From: Methanocaldococcus jannaschii DSM 2661
GTDB taxonomy: Archaea > AGJL01 > Methanococci > Methanococcales > Methanocaldococcaceae
Assembly (NCBI RefSeq): GCF_000091665.1
Contig: NC_000909.1
Location: 706,049-730,710, forward strand
Direction: 5' to 3'
Length of the DNA: 24,662 bases
Below the pieces are notes generated by a model. The model was given only the letters and a program-made list of their open reading frames with translations. It searched no databases and was not told where the DNA came from. Every line of letters begins with the position of its first letter. Position 1 is the first letter of the stretch. A program made the translations under genes and the position numbers. Shown in pieces: positions 9,368-17,715 of the stretch.

Positions 9368-9457
9368 GGGCACCATACAAAAAATTAAAGAATAGTTGGC
9401 GATGACGCTCCCTATATGGAGCTGAGCCAGTGCCTACACAACCACCTTAAGAGGTGG
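9368..9457 (+). promoter_or_regulatory. structured 5' leader: kink-turn hairpin plus SD-sequestering hairpin
   Basis: UGGC-GAU-GA-C-GCUCC-cuauau-GGAGC-U-GA-GCCA (9397-9429); outer stem GGGCAC 9368-9373 / GUGCCU 9430-9435; SD hairpin CCACCU-UAAG-AGGUGG 9442-9457. Confidence 0.7.
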
Positions 9458-9461
9458 CAAT

Positions 9462-9731
9462 ATGAAATTTTTAGAGAAGGGAGTATATAAGATTTTTGGG
9501 GCAGTGATTTTAGTAAGTATGATAGGGGCTTTAGTGGCTGAGCCAATAGCTTTGGGAGATGCTGGATTGTATTATCAATACTATGTAGGAGATATTGATA
9601 CAGCTCAGCAGTGTTATCTTGTAGCTGCGGATTCAGCTATTACTGGAGCGGCTATTTCTGCTGCATTAGGTCCTGCAGGATTGGCTTCTGGAGTATTTAC
9701 TGTTGTGTTTAGTACTACGGTATTAGCTTAA
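9462..9731 (+). CDS. small secreted/membrane peptide precursor, circular-bacteriocin-like candidate
   Basis: 89 aa, hydrophobic leader then Gly/Ala-rich hydrophobic tail GLYYQYYVGDIDTAQQCYLVAADSAITGAAISAALGPAGLASGVFTVVFSTTVLA; SD AGGTGG; own structured leader. Confidence 0.6.
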   Translation: MKFLEKGVYKIFGAVILVSMIGALVAEPIALGDAGLYYQYYVGDIDTAQQCYLVAADSAITGAAISAALGPAGLASGVFTVVFSTTVLA

Positions 9732-9741
9732 AAATGTTTTT

Positions 9742-9776
9742 CTTTTTTAATTTTAATAATTTTTTGATATTTTTTA
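9742..9776 (+). terminator. oligo-T tracts after the peptide gene (archaeal intrinsic terminator-like)
   Basis: GTTTTTCTTTTTTAATTTTAATAATTTTTTGATATTTTTT. Confidence 0.5.
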
Positions 9777-9799
9777 GGTGATATAATGGGTGATAATAC

Positions 9800-10288
9800 A
9801 TGAACTTTGAAAAGAAATTAAATGGTATATTGTCTTTCACTTATTTAGCGTTGGTCTTATGTTTGGTTATGCCTTTCATGCTTATACTTGTACTTGATAC
9901 TACATTTACATTTAATAAATTTAATTTGAATTTTGTATATCGCCAGATAGTAGAATTGATTGTTTTATCTATATTTGCTGGGTTTATTACATCATTTGCT
10001 CTTTATAATAAAATATGTAGGATATCTACTGAAGAATTAAAAAGAGATATATTAGAGAATAATGGATTAAAAACTATATTTAAAATTGCACAATACGAAG
10101 TGATGGTTTCGATATTCTATTCGTTATTATTACTGATTATATTATTAAATAAGCAATTATTATATTATGGTTTTACTGCTATATTTCAGATTTTCTTTAC
10201 ATTCTGTGCAATTTTTGTACCTTTATTTATCTTTGGTTCATTAGTATGTAGGACAATATTATTACATAAAATAAGAGGTACTACTTAG
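9800..10288 (+). CDS. multi-TM membrane protein of unknown function (immunity/accessory candidate)
   Basis: 162 aa with about four hydrophobic segments; SD GGGTGAT before ATG. Confidence 0.6.
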   Translation: MNFEKKLNGILSFTYLALVLCLVMPFMLILVLDTTFTFNKFNLNFVYRQIVELIVLSIFAGFITSFALYNKICRISTEELKRDILENNGLKTIFKIAQYEVMVSIFYSLLLLIILLNKQLLYYGFTAIFQIFFTFCAIFVPLFIFGSLVCRTILLHKIRGTT

Positions 10289-10348
10289 AACACTATACTA
10301 TACAATAATGATGATAAAATAAATAATAACTTTAACAATTGTGAAACC

Positions 10349-10885
10349 ATGAAAATACCAATAATCTTAACTCTAATGCTCTTCTCATTGGGTTTTATTT
10401 TTGGATTTATCTCAATAAACAACTTATCAAAAATTAACGATAAGGATTTATCCAACTATATACCCAATATACAGTTTAACTTTCCTTCAATATTAACAAA
10501 CAACTTAAAAGTTATCTTCCTAATGTTGGCTGGTTCTATAACTTTTGGATTATCTACTTTTATAAATCTAATATTCAACGGTTTTAATGTTGGTGTCTTA
10601 ATTGGTTCTATTTCCCTAACTAACGAACCGTTAAAATTAATAACCGCTTTAATTCTTCCACACGGAATATTCGAAATCTCAGCAATGTTAATATCAGCAG
10701 TAGCAGGTTTTAAAATTCCTTACAAAGTAACTCTCTACTTATTAGATAAAAAAGAAAAACCACTTACAGAAGAAGATATTAAGGACTTTTTAAAATTATC
10801 TCTAATTTCAATAATTCTAATCGTTATAGCCGCTTTTATTGAAGTTTATATCACTCCAAAGATAGCCACTTATCTACTAACGTAA
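10349..10885 (+). CDS. SpoIIM/DUF95-family membrane protein
   Basis: 178 aa; FLMLAGSITFGLSTFINLIFNGFNVGVLIG and LILPHGIFEISAMLISAVAGFKI characteristic of the stage II sporulation protein M family. Confidence 0.85.
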   Translation: MKIPIILTLMLFSLGFIFGFISINNLSKINDKDLSNYIPNIQFNFPSILTNNLKVIFLMLAGSITFGLSTFINLIFNGFNVGVLIGSISLTNEPLKLITALILPHGIFEISAMLISAVAGFKIPYKVTLYLLDKKEKPLTEEDIKDFLKLSLISIILIVIAAFIEVYITPKIATYLLT

Positions 10886-10933
10886 GATTTAAATAGTTGA
10901 AGTAACAAATACAATCATTGAAAAATCTAATAG

Positions 10934-11424
10934 GTGATACTAATGAATTTAATAGAAGCTTTAACAAATCCAGACACTTTCTTCAAAAAACTCTCTCAAA
11001 AAGAAATCTCTCTAAAAGAACCATTTTTAATTGTTTTAATCTTTTCCATATTGATAGCAATTTCTGCCTACATATCAACTTCAATTATATACAAAATCTT
11101 TCCTCCACAGTATCAGCAAGTATTGGCATTTACCAAGATTATTGCGTTAATATCCACATTTATTGGTGGAATTGTTGCATGGTTAATTATAGCTGGATTT
11201 ATGCATCTCATTTCAATGATATTCAAAGGAGAAGGAAGCTTTAAGAAAACATTATCCTTTACTGGCTATGGATTCCTTCCAAATATAGTTGGAGCTTTAA
11301 TAACAATACCTATTGCCTATTATATGCGAGAAATCTCACAACAAGAAATGCGTTTATAACTGCACTAATTCCAACAGTTATATTTGGTTTGTATCAACTA
11401 TACAGTGTATTAAAGTTACTATAA
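10934..11424 (+). pseudogene. Yip1-domain membrane protein with a frameshift near its 3' end
   Basis: in-frame ORF ends 11359; a different frame continues NAFITALIPTVIFGLYQLYSVLKLL to TAA 11422-11424. Confidence 0.6.
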
Positions 11425-11438
11425 AATGAGGGAAAAAG

Positions 11439-12953
11439 ATGAAGAGATTAAAAAACTTATTTATCATCTTTATCTTCCTATTTCTTTTATCTCAGGTTTC
11501 TGCCTATATAACCTTCAAAAATATTGATTATAACGCTCAATACTTGGAGCCATCTAAAACCTATGATTTATATATAACAATAGAATCAGACAAAGAAATC
11601 AATAATACAGTTGTATATATAGAACCAACAAATCAAATATCCAAAGAAAACATAGAGATTATTAGAGGAAAGCAATGGATTGGACATCTTTTTCCTTATG
11701 AGTATGGTGTAGCTCACTTAATAATAAAAATAAATCCTAATGCACCAAATTATGATTATAAGATAACAGGTTATTGCAACTATACAAAAGGTAATCAGCA
11801 ATATTCTGAAAATAGAATTTTTACCCTTCCAGTGAGAGGAAAGGCAAACTTAGTTATAGAAACCACTAATAATATACTAAAAGTTGGTAATAATCAAATT
11901 CTCTTACTATTGACAAATAAAGGAACAGGAACTGCTGAAAATATAAAAATAGAATTTCAAAACTCGAATAATTTAATGGTTTTAGGAGATAATACTTTCA
12001 CAATATCTGCCTTGGGTTCAAAGACATCTACATACATTCCACTAACTATCTTTGCCAAAAAAGAAGGAGTTTATTCTATAAATTACAAAATATCTTACAA
12101 GAACCCTTATAATTTGTTGGAATTAACCCAAAAATCAGAGACAATAGAAGGGGACTCAAAAACAGAGACCTTAACGTATCAAAATAAAAACATAGTTGAA
12201 GAAACTGGAATTTTAACCTTCAATGTATTCCCAAATGAGTTAATTTCAATAAATATAAAAAACCCAACTATTACAGTTGGAAAGATAGAAAATCTAACAA
12301 TTTCAATAAAAAATAATTATAAAGATTCTTTATTTGTTGTTCAAATAAGTAAATACTTTATTGGAAATAACCAAAAATCTATATTCATCAAAAAAGGAGA
12401 GACAAAAAATCTAACTTTCCAAATAAAAGTAGATAAAGAGGGAGTTACTTCAATTCCTATAGTTATATATTTCGATAACAATCAGATTGAGAAAAATCTA
12501 ACAATAAATGTTGTAGGAAAGGCAGATTTGGTTTTAAGTGGGATTGATATAGAAAGTTCATTTAACGAAATAAAGATAACTGGAGATATTGACAACATTG
12601 GAACTGGAAAGGCAAAGAGCGTCTTAATCTCAATAGAAAAAACAAAAAACATCATTCCAAAAAAGCCGTATGAAAACTACTTCGTTGGAACATTAAATCC
12701 AGATGATTATGGTAGTTTTGAACTGCACTGCCAAATTAATGGAAATGTAAATGAAATTCCACTTAAAATAAGCTATAGAGATGAAGATAACAACCTAATA
12801 ACCATATATAAAACAGTAAAAATCAGTAAAGAAGTGGTTTCCTTAAAGACTAATAATAATGGAGGAATTAATTATTTAGTTGTTGGAATAGCTATATTGT
12901 TCTGTGTTGGAGTAGTTTATTTAATTTATAGGGGATTCGTAAAGAAAAAGTGA
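11439..12953 (+). CDS. large secreted, C-terminally anchored protein with CARDB/NEW3-like repeats
   Basis: N-terminal signal-like hydrophobic segment, repeated beta-rich NxG.G.A modules (LTNKGTGTAENIKIE, IDNIGTGKAKSVLISIE), C-terminal TM then RGFVKKK. Confidence 0.7.
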   Translation: MKRLKNLFIIFIFLFLLSQVSAYITFKNIDYNAQYLEPSKTYDLYITIESDKEINNTVVYIEPTNQISKENIEIIRGKQWIGHLFPYEYGVAHLIIKINPNAPNYDYKITGYCNYTKGNQQYSENRIFTLPVRGKANLVIETTNNILKVGNNQILLLLTNKGTGTAENIKIEFQNSNNLMVLGDNTFTISALGSKTSTYIPLTIFAKKEGVYSINYKISYKNPYNLLELTQKSETIEGDSKTETLTYQNKNIVEETGILTFNVFPNELISINIKNPTITVGKIENLTISIKNNYKDSLFVVQISKYFIGNNQKSIFIKKGETKNLTFQIKVDKEGVTSIPIVIYFDNNQIEKNLTINVVGKADLVLSGIDIESSFNEIKITGDIDNIGTGKAKSVLISIEKTKNIIPKKPYENYFVGTLNPDDYGSFELHCQINGNVNEIPLKISYRDEDNNLITIYKTVKISKEVVSLKTNNNGGINYLVVGIAILFCVGVVYLIYRGFVKKK

Positions 12954-12957
12954 TATT

Positions 12958-13470
12958 ATGAAAGGAATAAATCCATTTTATTTTTATATTGGAATGGCTT
13001 TAATACTCGCGTCAATCGTATCCATACTTTTAATTACTAAATCAATACTGCTATTTATACTGCTGGCTTTTGGAAGTTTAGTAGGAATTACTTTAATTTT
13101 AATCTATATCTCAAGAAAAATATTAAAGATAGATAAAGGACGGCTTAAAAAAGAAGTTAAGAGAATATTTGGAAATAGAGTTTATAAAATTTTAAGATTA
13201 ATGTTAGTTTTAGGATATGCTGGATTTATATACTTCTCTGGGACTTTTTATAACAGTGCAGTTTTATTTTTTATATTTATAGTGGCATTTACAATTTCTG
13301 AGTTTTATAAAACCTATAGGATAAGAATCTACGAAAAAGGGATATTGATTGAGGGTATTGCATTTTATAGCTGGGAAGAGATTGAAAAAACAACTAATAA
13401 GGACAAAAATCAAACAATATTAAAAATTAAAGGCATTCCTAAGAAAATAGTAATTAACGAAATAATTTAA
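12958..13470 (+). CDS. small membrane protein, DUF5673-like
   Basis: TM segments followed by YRIRIYEKGILIEGIAFYSWEEIE. Confidence 0.6.
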   Translation: MKGINPFYFYIGMALILASIVSILLITKSILLFILLAFGSLVGITLILIYISRKILKIDKGRLKKEVKRIFGNRVYKILRLMLVLGYAGFIYFSGTFYNSAVLFFIFIVAFTISEFYKTYRIRIYEKGILIEGIAFYSWEEIEKTTNKDKNQTILKIKGIPKKIVINEII

Positions 13471-13489
13471 AAATTCTTAGGGGGAATTT

Positions 13490-14197
13490 ATGATTAAACT
13501 CAAAAATGTAACAAAAACATACAAAATGGGAGAAGAAATTATTTATGCTCTAAAAAATGTAAATCTGAATATAAAAGAGGGAGAGTTTGTTTCGATTATG
13601 GGTCCTTCTGGCAGTGGAAAATCAACAATGTTAAATATTATTGGCTGTTTAGACAAACCAACAGAGGGAGAGGTTTATATTGATAATATAAAGACCAATG
13701 ACTTAGATGATGATGAATTAACAAAAATTAGAAGAGATAAAATTGGTTTTGTCTTTCAGCAATTCAACTTAATTCCTTTATTAACTGCCTTAGAAAATGT
13801 TGAACTTCCACTGATTTTTAAATATAGGGGAGCAATGAGCGGAGAAGAGAGGAGGAAGAGAGCTTTAGAATGCTTAAAGATGGCAGAGTTGGAGGAGAGA
13901 TTTGCCAATCACAAACCAAATCAGTTGAGTGGAGGGCAACAACAGAGAGTTGCTATAGCGAGGGCTTTGGCAAACAACCCACCAATTATATTGGCGGATG
14001 AGCCAACTGGAGCATTAGATAGCAAAACAGGAGAAAAGATAATGCAATTATTAAAAAAATTAAATGAAGAGGATGGAAAAACCGTTGTTGTTGTTACCCA
14101 TGATATAAATGTTGCGAGATTTGGAGAGAGAATAATTTATTTAAAAGATGGAGAGGTTGAGAGGGAAGAAAAATTGAGGGGATTTGATGATAGATAA
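13490..14197 (+). CDS. ABC transporter ATP-binding protein, MacB/LolD type (M. jannaschii MJ0796-like)
   Basis: Walker A GPSGSGKST, signature LSGGQQQR, Walker B ILADEPTGALD, H-loop; closely matches my recollection of MJ0796. Confidence 0.95.
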   Translation: MIKLKNVTKTYKMGEEIIYALKNVNLNIKEGEFVSIMGPSGSGKSTMLNIIGCLDKPTEGEVYIDNIKTNDLDDDELTKIRRDKIGFVFQQFNLIPLLTALENVELPLIFKYRGAMSGEERRKRALECLKMAELEERFANHKPNQLSGGQQQRVAIARALANNPPIILADEPTGALDSKTGEKIMQLLKKLNEEDGKTVVVVTHDINVARFGERIIYLKDGEVEREEKLRGFDDR

Positions 14198-14597
14198 CAT
14201 CTCAAACTTCGATAAAGTTAGAGCAGTTGTAGTAGCGATATTGTTGTATATTTTTATAATTTTGGTTGTAGATGGAAGCATTTCTTCTTTAATTGGAAAA
14301 TATATAACTTATCCGAGTGATGAATATCATATTATAGAGTTTTATGATTTTATCCATATTATTGGTTTTCTCTTATCTTTATCAATTTCGACATATTTTT
14401 CGTCAAAAGATATTATTAAGGATTTTGCAAAATTTTTCACTATATTCTTTGGAATTACCTTTATTTTAGGAATCACGTTATTTTTGGGCTTAACATTTTT
14501 TGAAAATCACATCCCAAGCATGAGAGGTTATACGACATTAATGTTATTCTTCTTTCTTTTAAATCTTTTTAAGAAGTTGGATAAAATAACAAATTAA
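14184..14597 (+). CDS. small multi-TM membrane protein, unknown
   Basis: 137 aa, about four TM segments; overlaps the end of the ABC ATPase. Confidence 0.6.
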   Translation: MMIDNISNFDKVRAVVVAILLYIFIILVVDGSISSLIGKYITYPSDEYHIIEFYDFIHIIGFLLSLSISTYFSSKDIIKDFAKFFTIFFGITFILGITLFLGLTFFENHIPSMRGYTTLMLFFFLLNLFKKLDKITN

Positions 14598-14609
14598 ATA
14601 AGTGAGAGT

Positions 14610-15713
14610 ATGTATTTTGAATTAGCAAAGAGAAATTTAAAAAGAAATTTGTTAAGAAGTATTTTAGCTTTATTGGGGATTATAATAGGGGTTGCGGCAA
14701 TATCTTCTTTGGGAATATTAGGAGGAGGATTAAAACAAGGAATTATGGAAAATTTGGGGAGCATATCTAACTATATAATTGTTTTTCCAAATTATCAAAA
14801 TGGTTATACTTCTTTTGATAAAAGAGATATTGAAAAACTGAGAGTTTTAAATTGCAAAGTTATTCCAGTTTATGCTACTTCTGATTTTGTTTATATAAAA
14901 GGAAAGAATAGAAAAGCATACGCAAACATCTTCGGCATTGATAAAAATGACATAAAATACTTAAATTTGAAAGTGAAGGTTTCTGACACTTCTGTTGCTG
15001 TTGATACGTTCTTTTCTAATGTTAATGATGTTAATGTTGGAAATCAATTGGAGATTAAAAATATCTCATTGAGGATATGTGGGATTTATAACAGCACATT
15101 TTTATTCCCAGATAATTCTTTAATTTTAACGGCAAAAACATACAGAAGGTTTTATGGAGAAAATAATTACAATTATTCAAGAATAATCCTCTATGTTAAA
15201 AATATAAATGATATTGATAAAATAAAAAATGAAACAGATAAAATTTTAAACAGAAAAGAGAAAAAATGCATAATAATATCTTTAAACTCTATATTGGAGG
15301 CGATTAACGGAGTTATAACTAAGGTTTCTTACTTTTTAATGGGTATTGGAGCTATTTCATTGTTAGTTGCTGGTATTGGAATTGGAAATGTTATGTTGAT
15401 GAGTGTTGTTGAAAGAACAACGGAAATTGGAGTTATGAGAAGCATTGGAGCATCAAAAAAGGACATTATAATTTTATTCCTTTATGAAGCGTTGATATTG
15501 GGAGTTATTGGCTCTTTAATTGGGGCATTTTTGAGTTTATTCTTTGGGTATTTGATTGTTCATTATCTGTTAAAAACTTCACTGTCTTATTATGCAATCT
15601 TCTATATGATAATTGGCATAATATTTGGAATTTTAACATCTCTGATTTCAGCATTATATCCAGCATATAAAGCATCAAAATTAGACCCAATAAAGTCATT
15701 GAGAAATGAATAA
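14610..15713 (+). CDS. ABC transporter permease, MacB/FtsX type
   Basis: LAKRNLKRNLLRSILALLGIIIGVAAI N-terminus and C-terminal VERTTEIGVMRSIGASKKDI...YPAYKASKLDPIKSLRNE. Confidence 0.95.
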   Translation: MYFELAKRNLKRNLLRSILALLGIIIGVAAISSLGILGGGLKQGIMENLGSISNYIIVFPNYQNGYTSFDKRDIEKLRVLNCKVIPVYATSDFVYIKGKNRKAYANIFGIDKNDIKYLNLKVKVSDTSVAVDTFFSNVNDVNVGNQLEIKNISLRICGIYNSTFLFPDNSLILTAKTYRRFYGENNYNYSRIILYVKNINDIDKIKNETDKILNRKEKKCIIISLNSILEAINGVITKVSYFLMGIGAISLLVAGIGIGNVMLMSVVERTTEIGVMRSIGASKKDIIILFLYEALILGVIGSLIGAFLSLFFGYLIVHYLLKTSLSYYAIFYMIIGIIFGILTSLISALYPAYKASKLDPIKSLRNE

Positions 15714-15729
15714 TAAATAATAATAAATT

Positions 15730-16734
15730 ATGGCGATTAAAATGGACAAAAACTTCACATTAGAAATTTTAAACTTATTGAAAAATAATGTTTTAAAAAA
15801 TAGGTTAAAGATTGGGAAAGAACTTACAGAAATGCTTATTGATGAGATTGATAAGCTAATAGAAACTGCTAATGAAATTTCAGAAGAAATATCAAAAAAT
15901 AGTCCAAATAATTCGAGTTTGTATGATTTAAGGTTGATATATAATAAGTTATCAACTCTTTATGAAGATATTGATAAATTATTGGGTGAAATAGAGTGTA
16001 TTTTAAGTTTAAGCAATAAAGATATTAAAAACTGGAAACTTTGGAAAAACCTTGGAGATAAAGCATATCTATGGAAAGCTTATTATGAAGCATTATTTTG
16101 TTACAACAAAGCATTAGAGTTAAATCAAAATACAGAACTTCTATGTAAAAAGGGCTATGCTTTATTAAAACTATATAAAAGAGATTTAGCAATAAAATAT
16201 TTTGAAAAGGCATCGGAAAAAGATAGAAATAACTATAAAGCACTTTTTGGATTGGGAAAGAGCTATTATTTAATGAGTGATAATAAAAATTCAATAAAAT
16301 ACTTTGAAAAAGTTTTAGAATTAAATCCAAATGATGTAGAAGCATTGGAATATTTGGGAGAGTTATATTATGAAGAAGATTGTGAAAAAGCGATAAACTA
16401 CTTTAAAAAAGCTTTAGAATTAAAACCAGATGATATTGATTTAATTTTAAAAGTTGCCTTTACATACTTCAAATTGAAGAAATATAAACATGCACTAAAA
16501 TATTTTGAGAAAGCTTTAAAATTAAATCCAAATGTGTTTGAATTAGAACAGATTTATGAATCTATGGGAAGAATATACATTTATTTAGGAGAAGATGAGA
16601 AAGCAATAGAATGTTTTGAAAAATTAAAGGAAATAAACCTTTATCATTATGAAATATATGAAATTATTGCTTTAACTTATGAAGAGGTTGGAAATATTGA
16701 AAAAGCTAAAGAATTTTATAAAAAGTTGGTGTGA
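15730..16734 (+). CDS. tetratricopeptide (TPR) repeat protein
   Basis: repeated A-ALELNP-type 34-residue units; ATGG overlap with the next gene. Confidence 0.9.
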   Translation: MAIKMDKNFTLEILNLLKNNVLKNRLKIGKELTEMLIDEIDKLIETANEISEEISKNSPNNSSLYDLRLIYNKLSTLYEDIDKLLGEIECILSLSNKDIKNWKLWKNLGDKAYLWKAYYEALFCYNKALELNQNTELLCKKGYALLKLYKRDLAIKYFEKASEKDRNNYKALFGLGKSYYLMSDNKNSIKYFEKVLELNPNDVEALEYLGELYYEEDCEKAINYFKKALELKPDDIDLILKVAFTYFKLKKYKHALKYFEKALKLNPNVFELEQIYESMGRIYIYLGEDEKAIECFEKLKEINLYHYEIYEIIALTYEEVGNIEKAKEFYKKLV

Positions 16735-17621
16735 AAATGGAAAATTTTGAATACGAGCTAAAAATGGCTATAGAGCATATATTAGAAACAAACTATCCAA
16801 GAAAGGCATTTTGGCACTTTGATGATTTAATTGATGATTTAAAAAGTGGAATTAAAGCTGGAGATGATGCAGTAGTTATAAAAAACATGGTTATTAATAT
16901 GGAAGGGCCCTATCCTTTAAAATTAGGGGCTAAAACAGCTTTAATTCACACTGCCTGTGATGTTGTAGCAATGGGGGCAGAGCCAAAATTTGCATTAAAT
17001 GCCATTCAAGCAAAAAATGAAGATGAGATAAAGTTGGCTGTTGATGGTTTAAGAAAACAAAGTATAGGACTAAATATTCCAATAATTGGGGGAAATACAC
17101 AAACGGTTGAAGAATTGAAATCCTGTATTTCAGTAGCTGTTTTTGGGGAGTTGATTGATGAAAATTTGATAATAAAAGATGGAGGAGCTAAAGATGGAGA
17201 TTTACTAATTATGCTTGGAGACCCAGTAGAGGGAGATGTTGGAGAGAGAATTTATAAAGCAAAGAAAAAATTTGACACATACTTAGAAATCTTAGAGAAT
17301 GGGATAAAAATAAACGCATGTAAGGATGCATCAAGGGGAGGATGGTTAGGGAATTTATTGGAAATGTTAATTAAGGCAAAAAAAGGAGCTGAGATAAAGT
17401 CCCTTCCATATCCAAGGGCTACAAGATATTTAGGGACTTATATAATAGCAGTTCCAGAGGAAGAATATGAAAAAGTAGTAGATATTGCTTTAAAAAATAA
17501 ATGCCCTGTAGTATTGTTTGGTAGAATATTAGAAAAACCAAAGCTGATTATAGGCACAAAGGAATATATATCTGAAAATAAAATGTTAGAATTAATAAAA
17601 AAATTTCCATATAAATATTAG
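16731..17621 (+). CDS. AIR-synthase/ThiL-related protein, probable methanogenesis marker protein 2
   Basis: AGDDAVVI, HTACDVVAMGAEPKFALNA, IIGGNTQT; neighbours a marker 15-like gene. Confidence 0.78.
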   Translation: MKMENFEYELKMAIEHILETNYPRKAFWHFDDLIDDLKSGIKAGDDAVVIKNMVINMEGPYPLKLGAKTALIHTACDVVAMGAEPKFALNAIQAKNEDEIKLAVDGLRKQSIGLNIPIIGGNTQTVEELKSCISVAVFGELIDENLIIKDGGAKDGDLLIMLGDPVEGDVGERIYKAKKKFDTYLEILENGIKINACKDASRGGWLGNLLEMLIKAKKGAEIKSLPYPRATRYLGTYIIAVPEEEYEKVVDIALKNKCPVVLFGRILEKPKLIIGTKEYISENKMLELIKKFPYKY

Positions 17622-17671
17622 AGTTGAAGATATTTATAAATAAACCAAGAATCAGATAACAATATATTTTG

Positions 17672-17693
17672 ATGAAACTAAGAAAAGTTTCAT
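17672..17693 (+). promoter_or_regulatory. inverted repeat ATGAAACT-AAGAAA-AGTTTCAT just upstream of a TATA-like sequence
   Basis: perfect 8-bp arms; TATATAAATATT follows at about 17697. Confidence 0.4.
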
Positions 17694-17715
17694 TACTATA
17701 TAAATATTAAATTGG

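Noticed and set aside
9368-9440. Leader structure as a box C/D or H/ACA guide RNA
   Set aside because: There is a GAUGA/CUGA-type kink-turn and an ACA after GUGCCU, but no C'/D' pair and no symmetrical pseudouridylation pocket. A structured mRNA leader fits better.
10918-11244. 108-aa ORF overlapping the Yip1-like gene
   Set aside because: Out-of-frame and low-complexity Asn/His-rich; the 10934 frame has the SD GGTGAT and membrane-protein character.
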